Below the pieces are notes generated by a model. It searched no databases. It saw only the letters and a list, made by a program, of their open reading frames with translations, and was not told the origin of the DNA. This document shows, in pieces, positions 26,724-39,750 of a stretch of DNA of 64,000 bases. Source of the stretch: Lingula anatina (lineage: Eukaryota; Animalia; Brachiopoda); NCBI GenBank assembly GCA_051362555.1, contig CM120640.1, positions 57,576,788 to 57,640,787 of the forward strand, given 5' to 3'. The first letter of the stretch is position 1; each line of letters begins with the position of its first letter. The position numbers and the translations under genes are program-made.

Positions 26724-26909
26724 TCAGTTTTTCTTTTTAACCAAAGACATATATATAACCATCTCCATCATGTGTTTGTCTTTTCCAATTTTATTTTCTC
26801 GCTCTTTGTTTTCTAATTCAAAGCGTTCTTTCTCGAAGGCCAACTTGTCTTTCAGGTAACTGACGTAATCTGCTGATGAATCAGTTCGGAGCTTCTTAGT
26901 TGGCGGCAT
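26724..26909 (-). pseudogene. Remnant of Harbinger ORF2 (C-terminal coiled coil of the Myb/SANT-like accessory protein)
   Basis: PPTKKLR..YLKDKLAFEKERFELENKERE, convergent to the transposase and inside the TIRs. No N-terminal DNA-binding domain is visible. Confidence 0.55.
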
Positions 26910-27764
26910 GTTGTCGCAATTTTAAGCTAAAAAAACAGTGTCACCAATTAATGCAGCGTCAGTTTTGTTACTAATATAATTAATATTAATCAATATTTCT
27001 CATCCCAAAATTTCAGAGTACAGATTCATTCAAATACACAAAACAGGATGCCGTGTGACTTTCGAAACAAGGCTTCATAAAATTTGCATTAAAAGTCAGG
27101 GATATGTCTCCTGTCAACTATGGAGAAAATCGAGCTACTAGTAGTGTCTTACTAAACGGCACTTACCTGACGGATATCCTGCTTGTTATGCGTCAAGTGC
27201 AGACGGCTAGTCTATAGACCACTTATAAGGGCATGTGTACTCGTAAAAACTGCTCACAAGATGATGACCTAACAGTCTTATAATACAATCCGTCACGCGT
27301 GCCGAAGGCCAGTTCTGACTACCTTGTGGTCAGTGGAAAATGCCTTTTTTACGGGTATAACCTATATTTCAATAGTAACAAAAACATACACACAAATAAC
27401 AGAGACAAAATGTTTCACATATATTGCAAAAATAAAATGTCCAATACGATTTTAGTAGAGAAACGGTCAACTTTAAAGGCTTCATTTCATGAAATTATGC
27501 TGATTTGTCAAACCGTTTTTCATTGACGGGTAGCAATCTAGCTGCGGATAATGTTCTAACCGTATGTGTACACGTCACTAGACAGCAAATTATGATGACC
27601 TAAACGTAGTCGTTCGCCTAAACGTGCAGGTGCGAAAGCTCTCTAGTAATGCAATCAGTGCATTGTTTATTAGTGTTAATAAATTAAAATGCAGCTTTAT
27701 AATATCCGAATTATCTATAATATTCGAATAGCTAGTTTGACGTCTAATATAGGCATTTTGCATG

Positions 27765-27772
27765 TGACGTCA
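27765..27772. promoter_or_regulatory. Full CRE (TGACGTCA) upstream of the NMDA receptor gene
   Basis: Palindromic CRE at the start of a CpG-richer patch ~560 bp before the ATG. Confidence 0.4.
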
Positions 27773-28326
27773 TTTTCAATAGACTGATGACGGCAATATC
27801 GTCTCTGGTACTGCGGAGTTTTGGAACTGGATAGATACAGTGCTGTAGGCCGCTCGGCATAACACGACCGACAGTTTATAGAAAATGATGAGGAAATTAG
27901 ATGTGTACCTTAGCGTTATACCCAATGGTTTTTAAAGTTACTAAAGTTTCTAAACGAAATGGCACACATGCTTTCTTTCATATCAATTTTGAAAGAAGTA
28001 TGTAGATTTAAACTTACTATTTTATGCCAAATAATGCTATGGAAGATAATTTTTGTATATTTTTATTGTTCTCTGTCAAGTGAGAAGGCTGATGAAAAAC
28101 TTCTCGATTAATTAGGAATTTTCTTAACGAGGCTAATGAACAATCAATAATTGCCCTTAATTCATGCTTTCTGCAGTGCCCATTAGTAAACAATTTTACA
28201 TACTTTGTTTATTTCTTATTATTTATACACTTTTCCATTTCTATTAAATGAGACTAAATTTTGATGAGTTTGAAGATATTTATCATTATTTGTGTTCCTA
28301 TTTTCTGCAGGCATTTTCTGGCAGCC

Positions 28327-31300
28327 ATGGTGCAAAACCAACACGTCTTCCACAGCATATGTCTTCCACTGCTTCTTACAGCATCATGCATGGGTCAAAC
28401 ACTGCAGTTCCCAAACCAAATCATCATAGGAGGGGTGCTGGGTACCCAAGAATCCATGGATTTGTTTCACCAATGTATAGAAGAAGCCAACCAACCTGGG
28501 GTTCTCCCAGGCAATATCACAGTAAAAGGAGCAGCCATGCTGATGGATGAAAACCCAATCAGAGCTGCACGAGATATTTGTCTTAAGATGATATATCAGC
28601 AGGTGTATGTGGTGTTGGTCAGCCATCCACACCCTAATGCCAAGTCCCCGCTGTCTGTCTCATACACTTGTAAATTCTATAACATCCCTGTCATTGGAGT
28701 TGGAGGAAACTTGAGAGATAGTATTTTCTCAGAAAAGGTATACATGCAGATTGATCTCATTTTTATTTACAGTTTTAATATCATTTTGATTTAGATTAGG
28801 CTTTTATAAATGAGGAAGTAAAGGGAGTTATGTTGCTGGTTTTAAACCTCAATTAAAGGGATAATAACTCTTCGTTTTGGCCAAAAAATGAATTTTCCTG
28901 GAGTAAACAACAATTTTCCTGTACTTACCAATGGTTAATGAATCCATTTTTACATTCAAAGTTAGTCCCTGTTTTTTTTCTAAAAAGTTTGGTTTTTTGT
29001 TAAAATCTCTCAAGAGATTATAACAGAGTATAGCCATCAATGGAGGTCACGTGGTCTGAAGACAAGCTCAGATATCAGAATAATAGCTTTAACTGCTGTT
29101 TTTGTCTTGAAACAATATATTACATTTCTGAGTTATTCACAATGTTTTTATTGTGAAATATAGACCTCATACGAAGAGTTATTATCCCTTTAACTTTGTG
29201 TTTATACAACTGATTTAATAACCAGGCTTAATATAAGGTTGATCTGATAAGTTAAAAGGCACCCAAGAAGTACAGTTGTATTTTGACTGTCATTATTTGT
29301 TATAATGTATCTGTGTATGAATCGCAATTGAAGTTGCATGGAGTTATATTTTCTGTGCATTAAACAAAAATACCAAACCATGCAGATATTTTTCTTTCTT
29401 AGTTTTCAGTCAGACTTTTTCTATTCCAGAGCGTCCATGCCACTTTCCTGAGGACAGTTACCTCAATCTCCCACCAGGCCGACCTGTGGCTAGAACTACT
29501 TAAGTTCTATAAGTGGAAGAAAACTGTTTTCATCACTGAGCTCACTCAGGAAGGCAGGAACATTCTCAGCAGATTTCAGAACCAGGCCAAAAGCACAATA
29601 GAGGTTGGTTATCGTGTCATTTAAGTTAAACATTATGCCTTAACTCATTTGTTGGTATTATTTTTGGTTAGTTTGAACTATTGTAATGCAAGGTATTACT
29701 GTAGATAGATTTAGATTTATTTACTTAACATCTTTTTTCCAGCTTGAAAAGACTATATTGTTAAAACCTGGACTGAGGAGCTATTCAGATGATTTATTAG
29801 AGCTGGAAAAGGCAAGAGCCAGAGTGGTGTTGATGTTTGTTTCGTAAGTAATGAATACTTAAGCTATGTTTTAATGAAAAATACTTGGAACAGGATTTCA
29901 TGGTTGGCATTGCTCTTTCAGTTGATGAGATTCTGGCAACATAAAAAAGTCATGGAAGAAGTGTGCATGTATGATCTGTACTAAGTACTGGATCAAGGCT
30001 TGATATAAATTCTTTTCAGGCACTTGCCCTGTGAGTCAAGTAGGTCTGAAAATCTGCTTGCCCCACTCTAAATCAAAAAGGCCAAGTAATGCCATTAAGT
30101 ACATTGAGCCCTGCTGGAGTGGCACTGTTGTTATATAGTACTTTGTTAATTTTAGCCAAAGTGTTGCTGAGGTGGTGTACAGGGATGCTGTACACTTGAA
30201 CCTGACTGGCCCAGGATTTGTGTGGATTGTCACAGAACAGGCTTTGACTGTCCAGAATATACCCCAAGGTACAGAAGCAATGTGAAAGATTCTGTCTTCT
30301 TGTCAATTTTGTTTGCGCCTTGTAATATATCAGAATCATACAAGGAATGTTTTAAATTCATTTAGACTGTAAAATATACTCATTAAAGTATTGCATTTAA
30401 AGGATTCACTGAAACTGTCAGTTTATTTAAGTTACTACAAATTAGACCCCCACCCCACCCCACATTTTTGGTCTTTGGCATATGCTCATTATTCTAAATA
30501 TTAATAAAAACATTTTTGTGAATTTTTGTTAATTATCTGCTGACATTTTAGTACTTTGGCATTTTTGTTTTAATTTTACTACTAAAAAAATGTATTTCAA
30601 TCTTGGTTGTGACAGCTCGTGCTCATGATACAGTCTTACCAAAAAATAATAAAAATAATAGCTAATAAAAAATAATAATAGTAAAATAGTTTTGTTTGTT
30701 GTAATGATGGTGAATAAATTGGATGTATTGCCCCTAAATAAATGAGAAAAACTGTTATGCTATGTGATCCAACATGTTTTTGTCTTATAATCTCTAGAAC
30801 TGAGGTAGGTCATGGGGTGAGTTGAGTTTGCCAAAATGTCAGTTATGGCCTAATGCCAATAAATTATAGATATAATTATTATTTCTTCTCATTTATTCAG
30901 GTATTTTAGGTTTCCAGTTGCGTTTTGGCATGAATGAGTCTCTTCACATCCAGGATGCTATGCATGTTGTGGTGAAGGCCATCAATACTATGTACAATAA
31001 AGTGAACCTCACTGAGGCCCCTAATCGTTGTATAAGCCATACTGAAGATGAAGTAGGATCTTGGGATAGTGGCCAAGTCATGTTTAAGTAAGAAAATGTT
31101 TTTGTTTTCTCTTGGGGCAGAATATTTAGATTTATTTACACAGTTGACCAGTCTTGGCAAATGTTTTGCAAGTCATATTTGTAATCAAAATAATTTTCAA
31201 AATGAAATTTGACTTTCAAGAGATGTAAGAAGTCTAGTTCCTTATACACTTTTATAAAATGCTTCCATAAACAGTTCCTTAACATTTAACTTTTTATGTA

Positions 31301-34300
31301 CAGTTTTGTAAGTAAAAAATATTGAAAAAAACAATGCATTTGCAGTTGTCTGTAAACCATGTTGATGTCATTTAAAAAGCAAAGCTATTTTTAGTGCCCT
31401 AAAGGAAGTTGAGCTTGCTGATGGGAAGACAGGAAAGGTAAAATTTGATGAGGTTGGAGATCGTGACAGTCCTGTGTATGACTTGGTCAATGTACAAGAA
31501 GGCAAGCTAGTCACAGTGGGCACTTATGAAGGCAAGGTACTGCATTATGGACAAAGGTCTTGCCTTATGTATCCTGCCATATTCTAATTTAGCTAAAAAA
31601 GTTGAAACATTTGACTACTTATTGTTTAAATTGCTGTGATTCAATTTAAAAAAATGACATGGCTTAAATAACCCATTTATTTGGTTATAATATATTTTAT
31701 CCTGGAGTGAACACAGAATCCTTGTAATTAAGTGTATTGATGTGTTATGGTATTTCTCTGGTCTATTTACTTTTTTGATATGAACATTTTAGTGAAAATA
31801 TAGATTTGTAAACACATTTGATCATTGTAATTTATTTAGCTCAAACTAACACATTTTCCTACTTTGAAGATGCAGACCAAAAAGCTGAATGTTAGAGGTC
31901 CAATTCTCTGGCCAGGTGGACAAATGACCACACCTCTGGGAGAGAATATTGAGACACATTTGAAGGTAAGAAATGAGGCAATGGTAACTTTTTTAAAACT
32001 CGCATCAACCAAAAATTTATGTACTAATAAAATTGTTGGTCATAAAACCCTCCAAAAAAGGTTAAACTTCTCATCATTTGTTAAACCCCATTCTTAAGAA
32101 AGTTACCCTGACATTTTATGCTTCATATTCAGTATGAAAAGTTTCCTTATAAAATGTGACATGTAATCCCCAAATACAGTGAAACTGGAACATATTGAAG
32201 TCCTTTGCCAACTTCATTGATGGTGATCTTATGTTCATATTTGTATGACTGGTTTTAGGTGGTGACCATTGAAGAGGTCCCTTTTGTATTCTCACGGGTC
32301 ATCCAACCAGGAGAACAGTGCAAGACCATGCCAAGCCTGGAAGATGGAATAAGAGAAATCTACTGTCCACATATTAATGTTACAACTGGTAATCTTGAAA
32401 TGTGTTATCAGTCTGTCATTATTCCTCTCTCTTATTTTCAATTTTGATCCCTGTGTGGAAGTTACATTGCTGGTAATAACTGAATAAAGAAACAGAAGTC
32501 CTTCTTATTTTATTAATTATCTTAATATAAGCAAAATAGAATGATAGTAAAACATGAGAAAAAAATACGGAAAAATGCTGCTGTCAGAACTGAAAATCAC
32601 TCATCATGTGTAATAGTTTTTGTTTCTGTTATTGATCATTAAGCTCGCGTCTGCTAGCAATTTAAATTTTCTTTTATATCTTCACAGATCATTGTTCCGC
32701 TGACATGGAATGATTTGCCATTTTCAGGTGTGAAGACTCATAAATGTTGCAAGGGATACTGTATAGATTTGCTATTCAAGCTTGGTACCAAACTAAACTT
32801 CACTTACGATGTCCATCTTGTTGGAGATGGCAAGTTTGGTGTTTTGGAAAAGGTAGTTTGTTTATTCTCTTTATTTACAACTATATTTTTTATAAAGTGA
32901 ACTAGAAAAGAAAATAGAAACCATAAATTTTAATGAATGTAATTTTGTTGGTAAGATATGATGATGCCAAAAAGATTCAATTAAATAAAATTGAAGGTAG
33001 ATATTTTAGGCTGTATTCCCAGAGCTTTTAGATCGATCTTTCCCCGTGGGGAGTCTCACTAGATTACTGTCAGATAATCCGGCTTAAATGTCTGTCCCAC
33101 CTACTACAAGCTGTAAGGGGGTAATTAACTTTCGTGTCCACTCGGCTGACAGCTATTTAACGTGAACCCCCAGGGAGTTAGGTCGATCTAAAGTAGATCG
33201 ATCTAATCTCTGGAAATGGGGTCTTAGATATTTAACAAATTTTGTGTCACAGCAAGAGACATTCTGTGGTATTCATTGAACACTTAATTTGTTAGAACTG
33301 TCTTTTACTCCTAGCTGAACAAGGCTGAGATAAATGTAAAATTGAATCAGATTCAGTGCAGGCATTTCAGTGTAAGCATGACTCTAGAAAATAACTAAGG
33401 TATGTTGTATTTTAGAACAATAGGACAGCCCAAGAGTGGAATGGAATGATGGGTGAGCTTTTGAAGAAAAAGGCAGATCTCATTGTGGCTCCTTTAACTA
33501 TAACTCCTGACAGGTCTCTGGCTGTGAAGTTCTCAAAACCTTTCAAATACCAGGGGCTAACAGTTTTGATGAAGAGGGTGAGTCATATATTTTATGTTCA
33601 GCTGCTTAATTAACTGTATGTCACAATCACCTTTGTCTGTTAGTGTTACTGGAGGGCGAGTTTGGAGGTGTTGAAACTTCTGGTTATTGCAAAAACTTTT
33701 AATCGAAGTTTTAGTTTTGCTTCATATGTTCTACACTTACTAGGCTCCAATCACGATGACTTTCTTGTAAATATGATCACTAGTTTCTTGGCAAACTATA
33801 CACAGTAGTGATTAATTTGAACCATCTCTTTAAGTGGAATCTAATAAATATGTATATATTTTTTTTAATTCAGGAAAGAGAGCCCAGTAGCATTGCGGGT
33901 TTGTGTGCAAATGATATTATGCAGGATGCGTGGATCCTTGTTAAAATATCTCTTGTATCTTCAGGGTCACAAAGACTCCAACCTAGGCTCCTTCCTCCAG
34001 CCTTTCCAACCACCTCTGTGGATTCTAGTTCTGCTGTCAGTCCATGTGGTGGCCTTGGTGCTGTATCTGCTGGACAGATTCAGTCCATTTGGTCACTACA
34101 AGCTGGCAAAGTCCTCAGATGAGTCAGAGGAGCACCCCCTTGACCTGTCTACAGCCATATGGTTTGCTTGGGGAGTGCTGTTAAGCAGTGGCATAGGGGA
34201 AGGTGAGAGCGCAAAGGGAAATTGATCATTTCAGTGCAGATGAATTATGATTGTAAGAAAATGATAAAGTATTTGTGTGATATTTTTCTTGGAGTAATTA

Positions 34301-36931
34301 AATGAAATTGTTTATGATTCGACCATTTCTTCCAATGTTTTATTTGATATATAATTGTGCATCAGGTAAAGAGAGACTTCTGTGACAATTGAAAAAAAGT
34401 AGGCTTACTGGGCCTGCAAGTTTTGAAAGCTGCTGGCACTGACAAAAAGTTTTTTTTTTTAACAGGAAGCTGTTAGACTCGGGCCAGGATCATGGATGAT
34501 TTCTTAGATTTTTGTGTACAGATATATTTGGTTTTATTTCATATGTATTGTCTGCCTCTGATAAATCTATTCATACTAACAACATAACCTTCTTTTTTTG
34601 TTCCAGGCACCCCTAGAAGTTTTAGTGCCAGGGTGGTAGGGATGGTATGGGCAGGTTTTGCAATGATTATCATTGCTTCTTATACTGCTAACCTGGCTGC
34701 TTTCCTTGTGCTAGACAGACCACCCTCTGCAGTCTCTGGTATAGATGACAGACGGGTAAGTTGAGGCTTTGATTCTTAAGATATATACTTATTCTGAAGA
34801 CTGGTATAATACCAAATTACCAAAAAAAAGAAGCGTAGATAAAAAATCTATTATTTGTGATTGATCGATTGGTCACTATTTCCACGATTTATTTAATTTA
34901 CCTTATTGTAACTGATCCCCTCTTTCAGTTGAGAAACCCTACAGATGAGTTCATCTTTAATACTGTCAAAGATTCCTCTGTAGAGGACTACTTCAAGCGG
35001 CGTGTAGAACTGTCTACCATGCACCGGACAATGGGGGACAATCCAATACAATACGAAACTCCTGATGAAGCCATTAAAGCAGTGATAGAAGGGTACTTAC
35101 CTTCTATTTTTTAAGTTTTGACAATCTTTCATAATTTGATTGAAGACCAGCATTCAAAAATAAAATAAGTAATATATTAACACTTCATTTCTTGGTTTAT
35201 TGTAGCAAATGAAATTATTACTATTGTAAAAAGAAATAAGTTTTTCTTTTTGAGCTGTAATAAGTGAGGAGAATGGGATTTTTGTGCCATATTGTGACAT
35301 GGCCTAGATCCTTAAATCAGAACTTGAGACCTGGCACAAACCATCCACACATCAGGTAGCAGTTCAACTCTATGCCCACTGTAATTTCGTCATGAGATCC
35401 ATAACATTCTGCTATTTTACATTGCAGGAAACAGTTAGATGCCTTTATTTGGGAATCCACTCGTCTGGAGTATGAAGCTGCCAGGCGCTGTGATCTGGTC
35501 ACAGCTGCGGAGATGTTTGGCAAGGAGAGACTTGGAATAGCAGTGCGCCATGGAAGTCCTTATGCTGAGTCCATTAATCTGCAGGTGCTGGGATTTCATG
35601 AAGGTAAGCATATTCCCAGATACCTATATCCATTGACTCTGTCAGTGTCTAATTAATGTTGATGTAATGTTTTTTTTTTTTTTCTTTTTTAAGTATTAAT
35701 TTGGTTTTCTCATCAATAATTTTGATGATTTTGATGATTCTAATTATTTTGTTAAACATGTCTAATTATTTTGTTAAACATGTTAAACATATCTCGTTTG
35801 CAGAAGGTGACATGGAAAGTTTAGATGGCAAATGGATTCTGAAGAGTAACATAAAATGCAATGAAATCAATTCATCTCCTGCTACTCTTGGGCTGACTAA
35901 CATGGCAGGTGGGTAGCATGATGCAGGATGTTCTCTATCTGAACCAGGTGCATCTCTGGTAATATTATTTCATTTGTTCTACACAAACCATTGATAAATT
36001 TTGCTTATGTCAGTCTTGCAAATACAGGACAAGGAAACTGAAGTATAAAATCTGTTTTTGCCCCATAATCTGAAAAACGTTTTTGAGAATTATGCTGTAC
36101 TTCTGCCAGGCGGATGGGCCCACTAATGCTGAACCTATAACATCTTGATTCATGGTGGTAAGGGACTTTCATAGCTGTTTCTGATATAAATTGTTGCACT
36201 TGACTATATTCCAGGGGTGTTCATGTTGGTAGCTGGAGGTATACTGTCAGGAATATTCATAGTATTTGTAGAGATCACCTACCACCGCCATGTGTCAGCC
36301 AGGCAGAAGGAAATGGAGCTGGCACGTCATGCTGCAGCAAGATGGAGGGGAAATATTGAGGTGAGTGGTCCTCACATGAATTTTCATTGATGAAGTATAT
36401 TTGAATTTCCTCTTTCTCAGTACATAAGTTAAAATATAACAGTAAATATCACTAAAGCTGAAAGGAGGTTAAGAGGCAGCCAGTATTGTGGTTGATGTAT
36501 ATAAAATATTATTTCAACTTATTTCAATTTGAAAATTTTCAAGTCTTATATGCAAATAGGAAAGTAACTACTTAACAAAGATTTTTCAGTATTCATGAAG
36601 TATTGTTAACAAGACGTTCTACTATATTTTCTTAGATTTGAGAATAATGGCAAGAAAAGTGCCTAATACTAATATTACCTTTCACCTATTTAGTGAACTG
36701 TAATGTGATTAATATATATTTAAACCTTGACTTTTGATTGATCTCTTTTTTTTTTTTTTTGTTTCTCATTTTATGAGAATGCATGAGGTGGCGATTTCTA
36801 CTTGCATGTTCTTTTATCTTTTATATGCTGTTGCTTATTTGTTAACTATATTTAGTGTTATAGAAAGTTATTTGAAAAATTAACTTAGCCTTGCGTACAT
36901 GCTTTCAAAACAAATAATACATACATGGAGG

Positions 36932-36968
<37 letters not shown>

Positions 36969-38526
36969 ACCGCCATGTTGATTTGATCTTGGTGTGGATC
37001 ATTTGATGGTAATTGAAGTAAAATTGATAGTTTTCAGTTGACTTTCTATAATGTGCCTTGTAAGGTGTGTGTTCTGTTTTCATACAGTATGTGTGCAAAG
37101 TGACAGCAAAAATGATGACATGCTGTTGACAATACCAAATTGACTAATTGTTTTGAAGCTGTTGTCAGTTTTATTTTACATGCAGAAAATAATGACACAA
37201 TTTTTAAACTGTTAACCACTACTAACGTATAATCTTAATACCATATCACTAAAACCCCAATGTTAAATCCCAGTCTATTTCACAATCCACAGCAGGCAAG
37301 TGTCTTCATGTCAGTGAATTGATCAAGGCATTTGTTGAGGTTTTCCAAGCTTCATTCTTGCACAAAGTTCTCCCAGCTACCCTCTTGCAAGGTGGAAGCC
37401 AGTTCACCATTCTTCATAGGTTTTGTGAAATTACAGGCTTCTGAGATTTTGTGATTAGAAGTGGGTGAGTTTGTTTAAGTGCATGATGCATAAAAAAGTT
37501 CTTCAAAAGGCACATTTTACCACAGCCTGATTAAGGAGTTAAGAATGGCTTGTGGTAGCTTTGAAGCCTGAGACATTGTTTATTGTTGATGAATTTGTCT
37601 GATGTGATTGGATGATTAAGCCTTACGATTTGGTTTCACTTGTTCTTTTATATTTAGAGGGGTCACGCTTGCTGAATTCTACCCATAACTTAGAACTTCA
37701 GTAATTATATATCCATTTTTATCCATGATTGATGTTTGCTAACTTAAATGAATTATATCAAAACAGTAGTAAGGGTCGGGATCACTACTTAGAACTCTTA
37801 TCATATTAGAAAAGGAAGACCTTACGGGCAAGCTGGGCAGTGCTGAGGAAAGACAAAGCAGATGATTTGGATGAGGTAGTTATGTTTTCAGTGCACTCAA
37901 TAATGGTGAAATAGTACAACAACCACATGTGTATGAATACTATCTCCAATTCAAAGAATACTCTTGGATTTTTCTTTCATTTTATAAGTTTATGCACTTA
38001 TATTTGTCCTGATATTTAAATTGGATTGTTATGTGGCATGGTGTTTTATTCCTTTCTGTGTCCCTAAAAGGATGTCCCTGGTGACATTGTCTATTACATA
38101 AATGGTTTATTTATATGTTGTTGCTGTTGTCATACTTTTGATGTTGTAAAAATTGGTTTGTATTAACTTGTGGGCTGCTTTGATTCTACCTTTATCATTT
38201 TGATGTTTTTTATTTAATATTAAAAGAAAGAAATTGAGACAACTTTAACATTAACAAAAATGTTGTGGATAATTATTCAGAAGCGACGCATGCAGCGCAG
38301 TAACCAGCTTGAGCATGAGCAACTTCAGCAACTGCACAACGGAGCAGATGGCAAACTTGTCAATGGAAGAGGTGCCCTGCACCGTGGTATAGAGGGCGCT
38401 GCACAAGCTGAACCAGTACCATACCCAACATACTCTGGTGGGGACTGGGAGCAAAGAGAGCCTGAATACACAGTTGCTGGTGCTGACAACAGAGATCACA
38501 GTGGTCAGAGAGTGGACATTGTATAA
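28327..38526 (+). CDS. GRIN1: NMDA receptor GluN1-type subunit, ~976 aa, divergent at pore and ligand residues
   Basis: 18 exons: 28327-28737, 29430-29603, 29743-29843, 30156-30268, 30901-31087, 31395-31536, 31870-31965, 32259-32388, 32728-32852, 33416-33577, 33965-34202, 34607-34755, 34929-35092, 35428-35603, 35804-35908, 36215-36360, 37810-37875, 38281-38526 (2931 nt, in frame). GluN1 hallmarks: [91 protein letters not shown]. Confidence 0.93.
28857..29189. mobile_element. Kolobok-like MITE, TTAA TSD
   Basis: TTAA|AGGGATAATAACTCTTCG...CGAAGAGTTATTATCCCT|TTAA, with a second copy at 53001-53331. Confidence 0.8.
33009..33223. mobile_element. Tourist/Harbinger-type MITE, TTA TSD
   Basis: Subterminal inverted TAGATCGATCT motifs and TTA on both sides. 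Second copy at ~49418-49636. Confidence 0.7.
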
Positions 38527-39409
38527 AGCAGATGGTTGCCAACAATTGGCCTCTGTGGAAAAGGAGAATGGTATGATGAAAAGTTAACATAAAACTTGCA
38601 CATGAAACTGGAAGTTTATGGGATGATTATGTAACAGTATCATAGTCTGTCTTTAAGTTGAGGTATAACATGGAATTAATATTTCTTCAGACAATTTTCT
38701 TCTGTGTGTCTTTATCTGATAGAAATGTATACTTCCAGGATCTTGTATTTTCCTGTGTCTTCATTGTATTGTATGGTTTCATTATTGTGCACGGTATTTG
38801 ATATTGCAGCATGTTTTTCTTTTGGTAAGCTTTTTATTGTGAATTTTAGTGCAAGTTTGCCACAAGAATTTACTCCCATTTTACTTGTAAATTACCGTGA
38901 AGCTCCCATTTTGAACTTTTTGACAAGTTTGCCACAAGAAGTTACTCATATATATGATAATGATAGAGTCATGTTTATTTGAATGGATATTCAACCATAA
39001 TCTGTGTATAAATGCTCATATATATATATATGCACATCCCCGATACTGGGTAACAACAATGGGTTGTCATCTGAAAGTCTTTTAAAATATTCCTTCTTGT
39101 TGGATTACAGTGGGGCTGCTTATATGTGAAAGGGGATAGATTTGTCTTGTTATAACTAACAATTCTGTGTTTCTAAACATTGCTGTGTGTTTAAAACTTT
39201 TTAATACTTAGCCAAAAATGACACTAAAACAGCGTTGAAATCTGGGACACAGACATACCAGTCTCTGTTGCAGCTGTACATTATGGAAAAGAAAGCTCTC
39301 AGAAAAGTATTGACTTTTTTTTTTTTTGGTCATATCAGGGATAATTCACGGCACACACACTAGAGAAAAACAAAAATTGCTCTTCGTTACAAATTTTGAT
39401 GGATAAATG

Positions 39410-39750
39410 GGAGCTTTCTCAACTCTGTGAATTTAAGTGTACTCTTCCCTGATAATGTTTAATGTTACATTTTCCAAACTTTATGAATATGAGACAAAAT
39501 ACGATGTATATTATAAACAGAGAGCGTGCACACAAGAGCCGACACTTCATGTTGTTGCTGTTTTACCTCCAATACAGGATCACAGCTTGCTTTTCCAAAT
39601 CTGTGAAGTTCAATGTACTCTTTCCTAATAATTTTTGTATGGGTTTAATGTTACATTTTCCAAAATTTATAAATATAAGGCAAAATACAATGTTAATTCT
39701 AAGCAGAAAGCGTACTCACAAGATTGGCACAATGTTGCCCATGTTGTTTC
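39410..39750. repeat. Diverged tandem duplication (~180 bp x2)
   Basis: GTTTAATGTTACATTTTCCAAA..CAAAATAC..GCGT.C.CACAAGA occurs twice. Confidence 0.65.

Larger units (their letters stand above)
24997..27644 (+). mobile_element. PIF/Harbinger DNA transposon with both TIRs
   Basis: TIRs AGAGAGCTTTCGCAACTGCACGTTTAGGCGACCGACTAC / GTAGTCGTTCGCCTAAACGTGCAGGTGCGAAAGCTCTCT, 3-bp TSD AGT (24994-96, 27645-47), a transposase ORF and a convergent ORF2 remnant. Confidence 0.92.

Noticed and set aside
33874-33964. Strong-looking upstream acceptor giving [14 protein letters not shown], faintly like a duplicate of GluN1 exon 11
   Set aside because: Use shifts the frame (91 nt, or a 25-nt exon) and the similarity is too weak.
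34710-34735. DRPEER motif replaced by DRPPSA in GluN1
   Set aside because: Invertebrate GluN1s commonly lack DRPEER, so this is not distinctive alone.
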